Shown here: one piece after another, positions 42,836-58,890 of the stretch
Position numbering within the stretch: the stretch's first letter is position 1
How the letters are laid out: each line of letters opens with the position of its first letter
Assembly (NCBI GenBank): GCA_002104945.1
Contig: MCFH01000025.1
Location: 310,001 to 374,000, forward strand
From: Piromyces finnis finn
Lineage: Eukaryota; Fungi; Neocallimastigomycota
Length of the DNA stretch: 64,000 nt
Direction of reading: 5' to 3'
Notes under the pieces: model-generated
Database searches by the model: none
What the model was told of the DNA's origin: nothing
The model's input: only the letters and a program-made list of their open reading frames with translations
Made by a program: the position numbers and the translations under genes

Positions 42836-43988
42836 ATGTAATTAAATAAGTAAATAGAGAAAAAAATACTTCAAGTATTTATAAAATTTTTTTTAGAGAT
42901 TAATATAATAGTATTATTATTATTTGATTTTAAAAAAAATGAAATTTTTGATGGGAATTAACATTTTTTTTTAAATTTACTATATAGATTTATGTGATAC
43001 TACCATTAGATGCTTCTTTCTTTTTATTATTCATTTAACTACATACTACATCGAAGAGAAAGAAGAAGAAGAAAAGGAAAAATAAAAAAGTAAAATCAAT
43101 TAAAAAATATTAAATATCTTTTTTTGGAAATTTAAAATTAAATTTCTTATGCCCCAGTCGTTCCATATTTTTTTACATTTTAAATTAAATATTTCATGTA
43201 AAATATTCATTATTTATATATTATAAAATATATTGTACAATATATTTAATAAATGTATTTTTTTTAAAATTTTTTTTATTATATCTAAATATAGACGAAA
43301 ATTAATATATTGATAATAAGAGATAGTTACTTTTTTGGTGTTAAGATTAAAGATTTTAATTGACTTGGATAACAATAATACAAATCAAACTATTTTACAA
43401 TTAATTATATTTAACAAAGCAAAACATATTTAAAATAAAAAATAAATAAATAATAATTTTAATTTCCTTATACAATTTATATTTTCTTAATAATTCTTTT
43501 TTTATTAAGAATCCTAATAATGAAGAATATAAAATTTAAAATAAAATGATGTCACAATACAAATATTTATTGTAAATGCCTTTTTAATTCTTATTCCTTT
43601 TTCTTTATAAATTTATAATAGATAGATAAATAAGCAAGCAAATACAATTCAATTGATAATTAAATAAAATTATATAAATTTATATTTAATCAAGAAATTA
43701 AAAATTGATAAAAAAATTATAATTCTTAATATTTAAAATTAAAATTAATTAAATGACAACACCTTTCGTAAAAGTTGATTTTATAATTGTAGAAATCAAA
43801 TAACTCTATTTTAAATAATTAACAAATAATATTCATAAAAGAAAGATAATTTTCACCAATTTTATAATTTTATGGTGCAAAAGAAAATTTAAGATAAAAA
43901 AAATTAAAACATATTATATTTTATTGCCTCCTTTTCCCTCCTTGTAAATTCTTATCATATAAAATTAATTAACTTCTTAAAAACAAAA

Positions 43989-46668
43989 ATGGATATTGAT
44001 GATGATGTTATTGATTTATCGCAAGTTCGTGATGATTTTGATTTAGGATATCCAAAAAATAATCAAAATTCTTTGGGGATTTCTAATAATTCAAATTTTA
44101 ATTTTCAATTTAATTCAATGAATAACCACAATGACAGTTCAATGACTTTTTTTCAGAATACCTTTAATAAAGACAATGCATTAATTTCAAACAATTTTAT
44201 AAGTAATAATGATAATAATAATAGTAATATTCAATTACCATTTAGTAGTATGGACGATGAAAGTGATACAGAAATATTAATACCTCTTTCAAATGGTATT
44301 ATATATATAATATTGTTATATATAAAAAACTTAATAATAATAATAATAATATAAATAATTTTTAAATTATATAGGTAACGAAGAGTTAATTACCGATGTT
44401 GAACCTTCCTTCTCAATGGAGCGTGGTGAAGAAGACGCAACAATAGAAATAGAATTAGAATCATATGAAAAAGATAAATACTCATGGTTTTCAAAGTAAT
44501 TAAACATATATTAATATAAATAATAAAAAATATTATTTTTATTTATTATATTTATGTTCTATATTAGGTCACCCTTTAAAAGTAAAATATTAAACAATAC
44601 CAATAATAATAGTAATAACACTTTGACAAGCAATACTTTTAATAATATTTCTAATAACATTGATACCTTCAATAATGGTAATACAATATTTAATTTAAGT
44701 GGTCTAAAGAATAATAGTAATAAGAATGATAATAATAAGAATGATAATAATAAGAATGATAATAATAAATTTGGTATCACCAACACTTTTGACTTTAATT
44801 TTTCGAGTACAAAATTAAATATACCTAAATCTTTCAATAAAGAATCAGATAATTTGTTGTCATTGCCAAATAATAATATTAATACATCTTTAAGTAACAA
44901 TAATCTTAATAGCAATACCAATCTTTCTTTGGATAATAATGGTAATTTATCTTTTTTTTTTTTTATTCAAAGTATTTTTATTACTATTACTACTACTACT
45001 ACTACTACTACTACTAATATTATCATCTTACCTTTACTATTTTTTAAAACATAGACATTGAAAATAAAAGCTTTTTAGAAATAGTAGAAGATAAAAATAG
45101 TTCATCCCAAAAAGAATATGGTTTAGATATATTAAGTGATAATAATTTATTAAAATCAGATATTAAGCTAGAGGCTATAAGTCCACTTAAACTAGAAGGC
45201 AATTTCACAGAATCAAAACTATTTGTTAATCGGGACATTGACAAGAAAATAAATTCCAATATAAATACTTCTTTTGAAATTAATAATAAAAGTGAAAGTT
45301 CAACAAGAGTAAAAAGTATATTAGAAAAATATAAATTTAATTTCGACCATGAAGAAGACCGTTCTTCTTCTAATTTAAATAAGCCATTTTCATTAAATAA
45401 GGACCAAGAAAATAAATTATTTAATGATAAATTAAATAGTAAAAATGATAATTCAAGAAGTTCATTTATAACATCAGAAATTAATAAAATTCATGATGAT
45501 ATAACAAAAACTTTAAATGAAACTAATAAAAGTATTAATACTGAAGTAAAAATATCTAAAACCCCAGTTTCTAATGTATCAAGAAATAAATCCTTAGACA
45601 GTTCATTGGAAAGTACAGGGAAAATCCACCAATCACCCAAGTCATTTTTAAATAATAATTTAAATGATATCATGATTAATAAGAATAATAATGATACTAA
45701 TGATAAATTAGGGACTGAAAACAAAAGTAGTTTATTGAGTTTAGATACTTCTTTATCACCCATTGAAAAGAAAGAAACCAAAACTAATGATAAAAGAAGT
45801 TCATTGGGTTCTTTAAATTTGTCACATTTTAATTTAAGTTCTAAAAACGAAGATATTAGTAAAAGAATTGAAGAAATTCGGGAAAGATTAAAACTTAATG
45901 AAAGCCGACAAGAAAAATCCAAGGATAATATACAAAAAGATTCATCAATATTTCATTTCGAGGCAAAGTCAGAAAGGAAATCAACTCTTCAAGATATGAA
46001 AACTAAATTAAAAGATTATGAATTACATAAAATATCTAATAATGAATCTAACGAGGAAAATTTTAGTGATGGAACGGTATAATATTTTAAATTATTTTTT
46101 TTTATTTCTTTTTATATTGTAATTAATATTATTTTTTTTAATTCATTTAATTAAATCATTATTTTTCATTTATATAAATATATATTTAAAATAAAATAAA
46201 AATAAAATAATAAAATAATATATATAAAGAATGAATTAATAAATTCATCTAGTTTTGAACAATTAGAAATATCAAGCAAAGATGAAAAGAGACAAATTTC
46301 AAAGAAAAAACCATTTTCATTAGATAGTTTAAAGAACATTTCAAGTGATTCTTTCTCATTAAATCTAAATCTATCATCAAATTCAACGACTTCAATTTCT
46401 AATTCTTCTCAATATCCATCAAAACGTAGTTCAATACCAACTTTTTCTCAATTTTATTCTTTTAATAAAAGTTTAAAAGAATCAAAAAAATCCAAAAGCG
46501 TCTCATTAAATATACCCAAATCTCAATCACCTACTCCAACAATAGAACAACAACTTGCAAATCCATCATCAACTTTTAGAGTTGCAAAATATGCTAGAAT
46601 TAACAATACTAAGTTACCTATGCCATCAAAAGTGCCTAGAAAATTATATGATGAATTTTGTAAGTTTA

Positions 46669-46710
<42 letters not shown>

Positions 46711-47135
46711 TATCTTTTATTGAAAAAGTTAATTATTATAATTAGTTAAAATTTATTCATTACTCAATAATATATATAAATAATAAATTAATATTAGTGA
46801 ATTCAAGAGGTGATATATCTTCTAATCCAAATAGTACTTCTGAAATTAAACCTGTCGAACCAAGAAAACAAGCTATACCAATTTCAAAATTAAGACAACC
46901 TTCAAAATTAAGATTAAGACCTAATATATTGGTAAAATATTTTTTTATTAAAACTTTTTTTTTTTTTTACTATCGATATATTCTTGATATTAATCCTATT
47001 AAATTATTTTTTTATATCCTATATCATTTTTATTTATATTTTAGAATTCTTCCCAACAAAGCAATTCATCCACAGGTTCAAATTAGATCTATTAAAAGCT
47101 TAAAAAGCCTAAAAACAAACAAAAAAATCTTATAA
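43989..47135 (+). CDS. Hypothetical multi-exon protein, Asn/Ser-rich and low complexity
   Basis: The first exons (43989-44295, ~44374-44495, ~44568-44941) join in frame via GT-AG introns; later exons (~45053-46076 to ~47135) are inferred. No recognisable domain. Confidence 0.6.
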
Positions 47136-47908
47136 ATTTAATTTAATCTATTTAAATTATTTCTTTCTTTTCAATTATTTCCAATAATATTTTATAATTT
47201 TTTAAAGTATTAATATTTTTTATATAATTCTTATTGTTATTCAATAATGAATCATCATATCTTATTTATTATTATATTATCATTATTATTATATTTAATA
47301 TTTTTCTTTCTTTTTTTTTTTTTTTTTCTCTTCTTTTTATCTTTTTATAGAGTTGTAGGATTAACCATAGAATTTAGTTTGATAATAAAATGTATTATAT
47401 TTTTTTTTTTAAAAATATATTTATGATTATTTATTTAATTTAAATTTATTTTATTACTCTATTAATACATAATAAATCTAGTTTTATTATTATAAATGAA
47501 TTATTTATTCAAAAAAAAAAAAAGTAATAATAATAAAAAAAAAAATAAAAATGAAAAAAAATAAAAAAATCTTTAAAATATATATTTAATATTTAATTTT
47601 ATTTATAAAATACATATATATTATTTAAAATCTATTAAACTAAAAATTATTACTATTTATTTGTCCTATTTTTTTTTTTTTTTTTTTTTTTTTTTCCTGA
47701 AATATAAATAGATAAATAAATAAATTATAAATTAATTAAATAAATGAAATGAATAATTAAATAAGGGTTATAATAAAGCAATAAAAATAAATAATAATAA
47801 AAATAAGATTTATAAGGATTAAAAAAACAAACAAATGAACTAGAGTAGGATAGTGAGAAGAAGAAGAAGAAGAAGAAAAAAATTTTTTTATAATTTAATA
47901 CTCTTAGT

Positions 47909-50900
47909 TTACTTCTTCTTTTTAATATTATGTCTACCGTTCTTTTCACGTCTTTTTTCTTTAAGCTTTCTATCCTTTGTAATTTGTACAGCAGAACGAA
48001 GTTCATTCTTAGCATTTTCACTTGATGTTCTATGTTTAACAACACGAAGACGTCTACCCTTATGTTTCTTGATGGTAACTGTATTATTATCAACTTTACC
48101 TTCTCTTCTAGCTTCAGCTTCTAATCTTGCCTTCTTTCTCATTTGGTTCTTGGAATTTGGATTACCTGGTGTCATTTTAGTGTGAACAACACGACGTGAC
48201 TTGTAAAGTTGTGACATATTAACTGTGTTAGCTGATCCTTCCAATTCTTTTTCACCACTTCTTGGAATTTCAATTTTAGTCTTCTTTTGCCATTCCTCAA
48301 ATCTTTTACTCTTGTAACTTGCTGGAATAACATTACCACTTTCAGTCTTGATTCTTTTCTTGTTATCAGCACCAATAGTTTCACGAATAAATCTTTTCTT
48401 TTTAGAATCCCATTTTAAGGCTCCCTTAACATTCTTCTTTAAAGCCTTATCATCATCACCCATTAAATCCATACTGGCTGATCCCATTTGTTCAATAAAT
48501 GAACTACTACCTACATTGCTATTGCCATTAATACCATAACCACGTTCAGCATCGACACCTTGTTGGTAGTGTGACATATAGTACTCTTTATCTCTGAAAT
48601 CAGTAATTTCTCTCTTTCTCTTTTTTGATGATAAATTCTTGAATGTTTTCTATTATTATCATATATTTCCATGTAAAAAAAAAAAAGAAAAAAAATTAAT
48701 AAATATTATATTTAAGTAATTAAAATAATCACAAAAGAGTTACTTTATTATTATTTATAAATTTATAAAGAATTATTATTAGGTTTGTTATTTATTTTTT
48801 TTTATTAATTACCTCAAGTTCATCTTCATTAACTTCATCCAACTTTTTATTTTTATTAGCTGCAGCCTTCATTTGAGCTTTCTTTTCTTCAGCCTTTGCT
48901 ATCTTTTCTTGTTTAGCTTCAATAATACTAAATATTTGGGATCTTCTTTTTTGCATTAATTGTGCTTCTGCAGATTTAAGACCTCTTTTACCGACTTCAA
49001 AAATGGTTTCATGAGGTCTGAAACTTGTAAGGGAATTAACAATTTTAGCTCTTTCAATTTCATCCTTATCAACAACATTTGATAATATTGGATGAATACC
49101 AGCAAACTTTTCAATTAATTCTTTAGCATGAATGTAAGATTCATTAGAAGCTTTGGCTCTAGTTTTGTAATAAAGTTTATAAGCATTTTGGGTAACTTTT
49201 TTTAAAGCTTCTAAAGAAGCATTTAATTTAATTAATTTTTCTATGAAACCAGTTTCCATATCTAATGAATCTTGTGGGATATTACCGAAAATAATTTCTG
49301 ATGTATAATCTGGTTCTTCTCCATCTTGATAATCTAAAGCTAACTTTAATGGTCTTCCAGTAAATAATTGAAGATCAATAAAGTATGCCATCTTATAATA
49401 GTAAATATTACAGTAATTTTAAAAATTATTATTAATAGTTTTTATTATATATTTATTATATTTCATTTTGTATTAAAAAAATTTTTTTTTTATATCCTTA
49501 ATACTTACTTCATCACTTGAAACAAATGAATAAGCAATACCCTTTCTTCCTGCTCTTGCAGCTCTACCTACTCTATGAATGAAAATCTTTGATGAAGTTG
49601 GGAAATCGTAATTAATAACATTTTCTAAAAGAGGAATATCAATACCACGAGCAGCAACATCTGTTACAATAAGAATCTTTGAAGTACCATTACGGAATTT
49701 AGATATATTGATTTTTCTTGCAGTTTGATCTAATGAACCATAAATATAAGTGTTATCAATATTAGATTTATCTAATAATTCATGAAGATATTCTACATGA
49801 TGCTTTGTGGCAGCGAAAATAATTGTTGATTCATCCTCTTTAATAACATGTCTTAATAAGAATAATAAAGCTGATTCCTTTTCTATACGCTTAACTGAGA
49901 AAAATGCGGCCTAATTATAGTGAAAAATTTTTTTTATTTTATTTTTTGATGTATTTAAAAAATTATGTTATCAATATTATTTATATATAATATATTTATA
50001 TTTTTTTTTTTTTTAGAATTAATATTATATAAAATTTATTTTTAAATTAATATATTACCTGTAAATCTTTACTCATTTTAGAATCTACATCTAATCTAAT
50101 TAATGATGGATCAGTTAAACCTGCTTTAGCAAAATCAACTAATAATCTTGGAAGAGTAGCTGAGAATAAAATGGTTTGACGTTCTTGTGGTAATTTGAAA
50201 AGAATTTCTTTTAATTGTTCTTCGAAACCCATTTCAAAAAGTCTATCAGCTTCATCAAAAACTACATGTTGTACTGTCTTTAAATCATAATTCATTTCAA
50301 TAATTAAATGCATTAAACGACCTGGTGTAGCAATAATAATATCTGGATTGCCAGCAATGGCACTGAATTGTTCTTCCATATTATCACCACCAACAATAAC
50401 ACAAGTTCTTAAATCAGTATATTTACCAAAATCTTTAACGAATTTTAATGTTTGAATTGCTAATTCACGAGTTGGAGATAAAATTAATGCACGAACACCA
50501 ACCTATTTTATTTTTATTTTTTAATTTGATTTATTATTATTATTATTTTCTTTATTATTATTTTTTTTTATTTTTCTAAACTTATTTAAATAAAATTATA
50601 ATTAATATTGGGTTATAATTTTTATATTGTACCTTAACAGAGTGAGCCTTTAATTTTTCAATAATTGGAATTAAGAAAGAAGCAGTCTTACCAGAACCAG
50701 TTCTAGCCATAGCAACAACATCCTTTCCTTCTAAAATAATTGGAATAGTTTTTCTTTGAATTGGAGTTGGAACTTTGTATCCTTTGTGAATAATAGCTTT
50801 GTATACAAAACTACTTAAACCTATTATATATATGTTTGTATTTAATTTAATTTAATAGTTATTTTAATTATTTTTTCAGTTGTTTAAAATAATTTATTAT

Positions 50901-51569
50901 TAAAAAATTAAAAAAAAAAAAAAACATTCTCAATGAAATTCAATATAAATATTAAAAAAATAATGAAAGATTATTTTAATAAAATATTTTAAATCAATTA
51001 CCCATAGATTGAAAACCTCCAGATTTTTTATGTTTTCTATTGGCTTCACGAAGTTTTCTTTCAATTTCTTCATCTTCACTATCATCTTCACTTTCTTCAT
51101 CATCTTCATCTTCATCGTCTTCATCATCTTCGCTATCATCATAATTATCGCTTATATCATCGTCCATTTCATTATTTTGTTCATTATCCTCATTATCACT
51201 GTTATCTGAAAATGGTTCTGAAATTGCTGAATCATATTCTTCATCATCATCAGATTCTGAATTATCACTATAATCATTACTTGTTTGTGGTACTGTTTCA
51301 AATTCAGAATCTTCGTCTTTATCATAAACACCTTTCTTTTTCTTTTTTTCTAATGCTTTAGCTTCCATTTCCATTTTATATTTTTTTCTTGACAACCATT
51401 TCTTTTTTGGTTGTTGTTCTTCTTCAAAATCATCTTCTAAATTATTGTTAAATTTCTTATTCTTTTTATCATTTTTTTTATCCTTTCCTGTTGCTGAATT
51501 ATTTTTACCATTTTTTGGTTGTCCTGCATTTTTTACATTTAATTTTGAATTTTTCTTTTTTAATGCCAT
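47909..51569 (-). CDS. DBP10: ATP-dependent DEAD-box RNA helicase Dbp10 (DDX54), multi-exon
   Basis: [56 protein letters not shown], and C-terminal [10 protein letters not shown] and [15 protein letters not shown]. Confidence 0.96.
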
Positions 51570-52731
51570 TTTTACAGATTCAAATTATACTATTATTTTA
51601 AAAATATGTTTAAATATATATATATATATTATTATTAATAATTATGTTTCATAATTAAATTTTATAAACTACCTTTAAAAAACATCAATAATATCAATTT
51701 TTTAAGTATAATAATAATATTTAAAATTTACTCTCAAGTAGTTTGATATCTGAAAAAAGGAATAAAATTTTTAAAATATAGAAATATTAATTTTTTTTTT
51801 TTTTTTTTATTTTAAAATTATAAAAAACATTTTAATATTAAAATAAAACAATATTATTGGTTATTAATATTTACTTAAAATAATTTTTGTATTTATATTA
51901 TTAGATATAATAATTATATAAAAAAAAAATTTGACAGATAATTAATTTAATAGTTTTTATAGAGAAAATAACAACAAAGAGAAAAAAACTACGTTAACAT
52001 TGTTATATATAATAAATTCAAGTTCTCTTAAAGTAATTATAATTTATGTTGGCAAATTAAATATATTATTATAGTTTTTTTTTTAATATTAACTATAATT
52101 CTTCAAATTTATATTAATTTAACTCATATCTATATATGTTATACATATAAAATATATAAATTATATGTATAACATACTTCTTCTAAAGAAACAAAACAAT
52201 GAATTAAAAATGAAAAAAAAAAAAAAATTGTACTTATATTTAAACAAATAATAACTAAATATTGATAAAGTTAGAATAATCTTTTTCTATGACATAAAAA
52301 GAGTAAATAAAAGAGAATATTGATAATACATATTCATATTTTAAATATATATATTATACAAATATATATTTGTATATAGAATAATTTCACTTTCACTTTA
52401 AAGAGGTTAATATATTTATTATTATTATTATTTTTTTTATTTTTTATTTTTTATTTATTTTTTGTTAATTTGATGTGTTATTATTATTATTATTATTTTA
52501 AAATATAATTATAGTTAATATTGATTTTATGTTTTTTATTATTTTTTGTTTTTTAATATTGAAGATTATTGTTGTTAGTTGTATTGTTATTATTTATACT
52601 TTCAATATTTATTTGAAATAAATGAAATAGTTGTTTTGATCACAAAATTAAATATATATAATCCAGAACATTTAACTATTTAATTATATATAATTAATAT
52701 TTTTAGGGGTTAAAAAATATTAATATTGAAT

Positions 52732-54205
52732 TTATGCTCCATAACCACGAATATTTTCGGCAAATGCCCATTCAGTTTCTAATGAATATGGTTCACTAAT
52801 ATTAACACCAGCTGCAGTGACAGTAGCACGTTGTAACTAATTATTGTGTTTATTCATAATATAATAAATAATTAATACTATTAACTTAAAAATTCTTTTA
52901 TTAATAATTAATTAATAACTAGCTATTTACTATTAATCATTTTTGTAACATTCTTTTTTACCTTATTTAATGAACGGGCATCACGATAGAATAAGACTCT
53001 CATACAGTCATCTAATAATTTTTTAGCTTCTTCTTCGGTTAATGGTTCACCATTTCTTTTTTCAACAGCATTTCTTAATAATGGTTGAGCAATATAGGCA
53101 CCATAACCAGTAGCAATGGTTTCGGATTGGTAAGTAGTACCTCTTAAATTAACATATCCAAGGAAACTATAATAATTTAATCATATCAATATTTATTTAT
53201 CAATATATATATATATTGATATATTTTTTATATTTATATTATTTTTAATCACAAAAAATACTATATATATTTATATATTTTAATTTATATTTAAATTTTA
53301 AAATTTATAATATTAACCTCTTTCCGTCTTGGAAACCACCAACAACTAAAGCATTCCAAAGTGGATCAAATTTATTACGACGTTGATACATAACTTGACT
53401 TAAGTATTCGTAAATATTTTCTGGAGCTAATGGTTGTCCATTATTAGCATTATATTCTTTGGTCCTATATTAATGTATTAATTTTATTATTAAATTTTAA
53501 TTTCCAAAATTTATTAAATAATGTTTAATATTAGTCATTTATACTGTAACGTATAATGAAATTCAATTTTTCAAAGTGCTTAAATAATAAAAATAATTTT
53601 ATGAGAAATTTTATTTTTACATTAATTTGTCCATTAAATAGGTAATATATTGAAAGTCTGAAATATCACCAGAGGCACCAATAATAGTTGAATCACCAAC
53701 CTTGAGCATTCTTTCGACATTTCTGAATCTTGCAAGAGAACCATATGATGCTATATACATGTATATTAAAAAATTATTATATATTATATTATTATTATAA
53801 TTTTTATAGATTTTGCTGTCGAAAATGTAGACATATTTTCATAAATATTTTCTAGACACTATTTAGGAATTTACATATTTTCTAATATTTTTAATACCTA
53901 AACAATCAGTGGTCATCATAATACCGTCCTTATATTTAACAGCTAAAACTGAAGTACCAGTGACAATTGGTTGTCTTCATAATGATAATAGCAATAAAAA
54001 TATAATTATTAATACTTTTCATTTCTTTTTTTTTCTTTTTTTCTTTCTTTTTTTTTTTTTGTATATTATTAATTATATTTAATAATAATTACTGAGTTCT
54101 TGTCATTGGTGAAATGGCATTTAATGAATCAAGAGCTTCTTGATCATAATGTTGTTCCATTCTTTGGTAATCAATTGCATCAGCAAATGGATTTGGATAG
54201 TTCAT
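52732..54205 (-). CDS. PRE4: 20S proteasome subunit beta-7 (PSMB4 ortholog), multi-exon
   Basis: QPIVTGTSVLAVKYKDG, ASYGSLARFRNVERM, YQRRNKFDPLWN, IATGYGAYIAQPLLR, RVLFYRDARS. Confidence 0.96.
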
Positions 54206-55603
54206 TTTGATTTTTATTTTCTACAATATATATAAATCGAAAAAGGAATATTTATTTAAATAATTGTTTATTGATATTAATGGTTTATAATAATATGAAT
54301 TTTATCATTTAGTATTTTATATTTTAATTATAATTTTTTATTTTGAGATTCCAGTTTTTATATATTATTTATTTATTTTATTTCTATTTTTATTTATTCT
54401 TATTTTATATATTATATATATATATATGTTGAATTTTATTTGTGATAATTGTTATAGACCAAGTATTATAGTATATATAAATATTAATGATTTGAAGTAT
54501 TTATTATTTATCTGTTATTTAAATATGGATTAATAGTTTTATTTATTTAAAAAGTTTTTTTTTTATATTTTATTTTTTATTTATTGCTTATATTTGAATT
54601 ATTAAGTGATTTTTTTTTATTTGATCAATTATACATCTCTACAAATTTGACTGAAATTGAAATAGTAATTTTTCATTAATTATTTTAAAACTTTTCCATT
54701 TTTAAACTTTTTTATATTATTATTGAGATACATATAAGACTTATTTACATATGTTTTTTTTTTAATTATAATAAATGTTTAACTGTTTAAAATTAAATAA
54801 TAATATATATATAGTATTTTTGAAATTTACACTTTTTTCTTTAAAAGTTCTATTATTTTTTTTAAAAAAAAGAAGTTTTTTTTTATTAATATTTTTTTAT
54901 TTATTATTAATTTATTATTAATTTTTTTTTATAATTTACTATTATATATAAAATAATTTTTAATTATAAAATGATTAAAAAATTTTCCAAATAATTATTT
55001 ATATTAAAAAATTTATTTTATATTTTTTAAAATTTAATAATTAATAATTTTTTATAAAAAAAATTAATTAAAAAATATATAAATAATTTGTTTTTTTTTA
55101 TTAATTATGGAAAAGGTCACTTCATAAAATAGTTTTTTTTTTAAAAGAGAAAAAATAAAAATGATTTAAATATTATTGTTTATTCTTTAGTTACTGTAAT
55201 ATTTTTAAATATATTATAATAATTCATTATAAAGAATATATTATTTTCATTTATGATAACTATTATCGTATTTTAGAGAACATTATATTTTTGATAAAAA
55301 ATATTATTATATTATTGTATATATATTTAATAATAGATATTTAATAATAGATTGATGAATTTATAAAATTAAATGAATGAATGAATGAATAAATAAGTAA
55401 ATAAATAAATAAAGAAAGAAAAACCAAATAAATAATATAAACCAAAAAAAAAAAAAAAAAAAAAGATTAAATTATGAAATTTAAATTAAGGTATATTATT
55501 ATTAAAGATTGTTTTAAATTATTCTATCGTTTGCTATATTTATACATGATAATAATAATTTTTTTTTTGTTTGTTTTGTTTGAATAAAGAAATTATTAAT
55601 TTA

Positions 55604-56897
55604 TTAAACATCGAGAGTATTTGGAACATATTTTTCTCCATTTTTAAGTTTTTCATAAAGTTTTACGTAGAGCTAATATTGAATAATAATATTTATAAAA
55701 AAAAGTATTAATTAAATATATATACGTTTTTTTAAAGAATAATAATAAAAAAAAAAAAAATATAAAGTTTAAATTTCATAGCAAATTACCTCTTTACAGT
55801 TCAATTTTAACTCTGAAAATACATTTTCTACTTTTTTTTCATCTTTCTTTTTTCTATATTCTTCTATACGAAATCCATTTTGTTCCATCTTTAATTTTAT
55901 CTCTTTTAACGTATTATATCTGAAATGATATAATTCATGATAAATTTGGACTCTTTCGAGACATACTCTATCTATTACATATACTCTTTCTTTATCTTTT
56001 AATGGCTTATCTTTTATTTCTTTTAATGATACTTTATTATACTTTCTTCCTGAAAATGATACTGCAAATGATGATGTTATATACTTTCTACATGAATCAC
56101 ATTTTGTTTTTGGATATTCACTATTTACCGAAAAGTGAGGGAAGGAATCAATATCAGCCTATGTAATCAATCATATAAATTAATTTAAATTAATAAGTAT
56201 TAAATTTCTGAATTTTTATATTTTCATTCATTTCTTAATTATATTTAACTTACTTGAAATTTATTTGCCCATGGTGGCACTGGTGTAATTTTTTTGCAAA
56301 CATTATTAATTCTTTTATTTATAATTTGAAATGCTTTTTTTAATTCATTGATATCTTTATTGTTGTTATAAGAATAATAGAAAAACAATTAGCTTTTTTT
56401 TTTTTTTTTTTTTTAATAAATTTATTATATATTAAATATTGTATAAAGGTTTTGAAATTGAACATTACTTTTCTTCACATATTCTTCATGAATTAAAATT
56501 GCAATACAAAATTTGTATAATCTTTTAAATGCTTTGTATAGTTTCTTTCTTTGTTTTACATCCCCTATTTAAGAAATAAACATATTATTTATATTTATAT
56601 ATATTAAGTTTAAGTATGTATAGATATCACTATTATTATTGTTAATACTATTAATATTTTTTAAATAGTAATGAATTACATTTAGTTGTAAGGAAATAGA
56701 CTTCTTCATTTCCTGAATCACTGACAACGAAATCATCATTATCTGGGAAGTATCTTCTTACTGTGGAAGAATTTTCGTTTTCTGATTCATCTTCATTATT
56801 ATTTAAGTTTCCATAGGCACCATGTTTTCTCTCTATAATTTTTAATTTATTAAACAATATATATATATTAATTTCATTATATATATATTTATAATAT

Positions 56898-56958
<61 letters not shown>

Positions 56959-58315
56959 CTTTAAGTCTTTGTAATGCTAATGCTCTATTTTTATTTTTAT
57001 TTCTCAATCTTGAAGATCTTGATTCAATAGATTCTATTAAATATAAATGTAATTGTTTATGAAAAAATGTTAATAATTTTTATTTTTTTATATTATTATT
57101 ATTTATATTTCTTTCGTTGATTTTTTTATTGCTAAATTATTATTATATATTTATAAAAATATATTTAAATTGCCATGTTACTTTTCATTGATGATTCTGG
57201 TAATTTATTTCGTAATGAACTTTTCCTTCTGTTATGTTTATGGTTGTTTCCATCATCATCACTTATTTCAATTTCATCTGTTCCCTTTTTAAATGAAATT
57301 ATTTCTAAAACATCGTCATCACTATCATCACTGGATATTTCAATATTGTCGATATTTCCGGATGGTGAATCATCCATCATCATATTTTCTAAATCATTAA
57401 TAATACTATTGTCTCCGTTATATGTCTCATTTCTGGAAGATTCACTATCACTGTTACTTTTACTATCATCATTAACTGTTGGTATTTTAATATCACGACT
57501 TCTTAAACTTCTAACATTTTTCTCAGGTTCATTATTTTTTAGTTGAAAGGGTGGGCTTATTTCCACCATCATATTATTACTTTCGCCTATTTTTATAATG
57601 GTATTAGAATCTAATCTTGAACTACTTCTTAGATTATGACTATATTTTGGTTCTTCATTACTTTTAATTCTTTTACTACTTCTTGTATTGATGTTATTAT
57701 TGGTATCATTATCAAGATTACTACTGTCATCAGATGATATTGGCCTTTTTTGTTTTTTATCTTTACTATCATTTATATTATCATTTTCTTTATTATGATT
57801 TTTATGAAAGGAATCTGATTTTTTAGAATTATTTGGTTTTTCAAAGTCTAATTTTGAACCTTTATTTTCAGTATTTGAACTTCTAAGATTTCTTTTATAT
57901 ACTGAAGTTGAATTAATATTGTTATTATTTGTTTCATGTATTTCTCCTTCTTCTTCTTCACTTAAATCAATTAATATTGTAGTACTTTCATTTCCTTTAT
58001 TATTTTCATTCTTTTTATCATCATATTTATTATTTTTATTGTCATTTTGTTTTTTTTCTTTAAATTAAAATAATAAAAATAAAAATATTAATATTAATAT
58101 TTTTTTCTTTTAAAAATTGTTTTTTGTTTAATTTTTTATATAACAAAACAACAATATTTTACTTTATTTTTTTTGAATTTACCTTGTTGTTTTATATCTT
58201 TTTGATTGTCAGTATTTTTAACCAAAATTTCTGAATGAATATATTTGTAGTAAATGAAAAATATTATATATTTTATATTTAGTATAATAGTATACTTTTA
58301 ATATATAAAAAAGCA

Positions 58316-58355
<40 letters not shown>

Positions 58356-58890
58356 TTCTAATAAATAATAATAATAAAAAAAAGACAAAATGTTATTTTA
58401 TAAAGTCCATAAAAGTTTTACCTTTATCATCGTCAGAATCTAATATGGTTATTACTTTCATTTCTTCATCACTATCCCCAATTAAATCAATTACTTCATT
58501 AAAAGTATTTTTAAATTTCAATCTTTTCATTATACGTAATGGAGTTGCAATAGTAGCTTTTTGTTGAATAATAGGGTCATATGAAGTTTTTTTAAGAATA
58601 TCTTCCTCAGAATCGTCATCATCACTGTCTACATTATATATTTCCAACTTCTTTTTACTTCTTTTTTTCTTACTTTTTTTTGAGGAAGTTTTTGAATCAG
58701 ATGTTTGTATCGTTTTAGATTCCGTAGTTGAAGAATATTCGTATTCACTGTCTGTTTTTTTTTTCCTTTTATTATTATTTTTAGTTGGTTTTTCAGAGCT
58801 ATTTTGTTCTTGAGAAATTGAAGTTTCTGTTTCATTTAAATTTGATGTATCATTGTTTAAATTGTTGCTTTTTCGTTTTCTTAATTCCAT
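55604..58890 (-). CDS. CCDC82-like / DUF4211-type protein with long disordered Ser/Asp/Lys-rich N-terminus, multi-exon
   Basis: C-terminal exons give CDSC...RVCLERVQIYHELYHFRY, resembling the Cys/His pattern of DUF4211. ATG at 58890 and stop at 55604-55606 are inferred. Confidence 0.55.
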
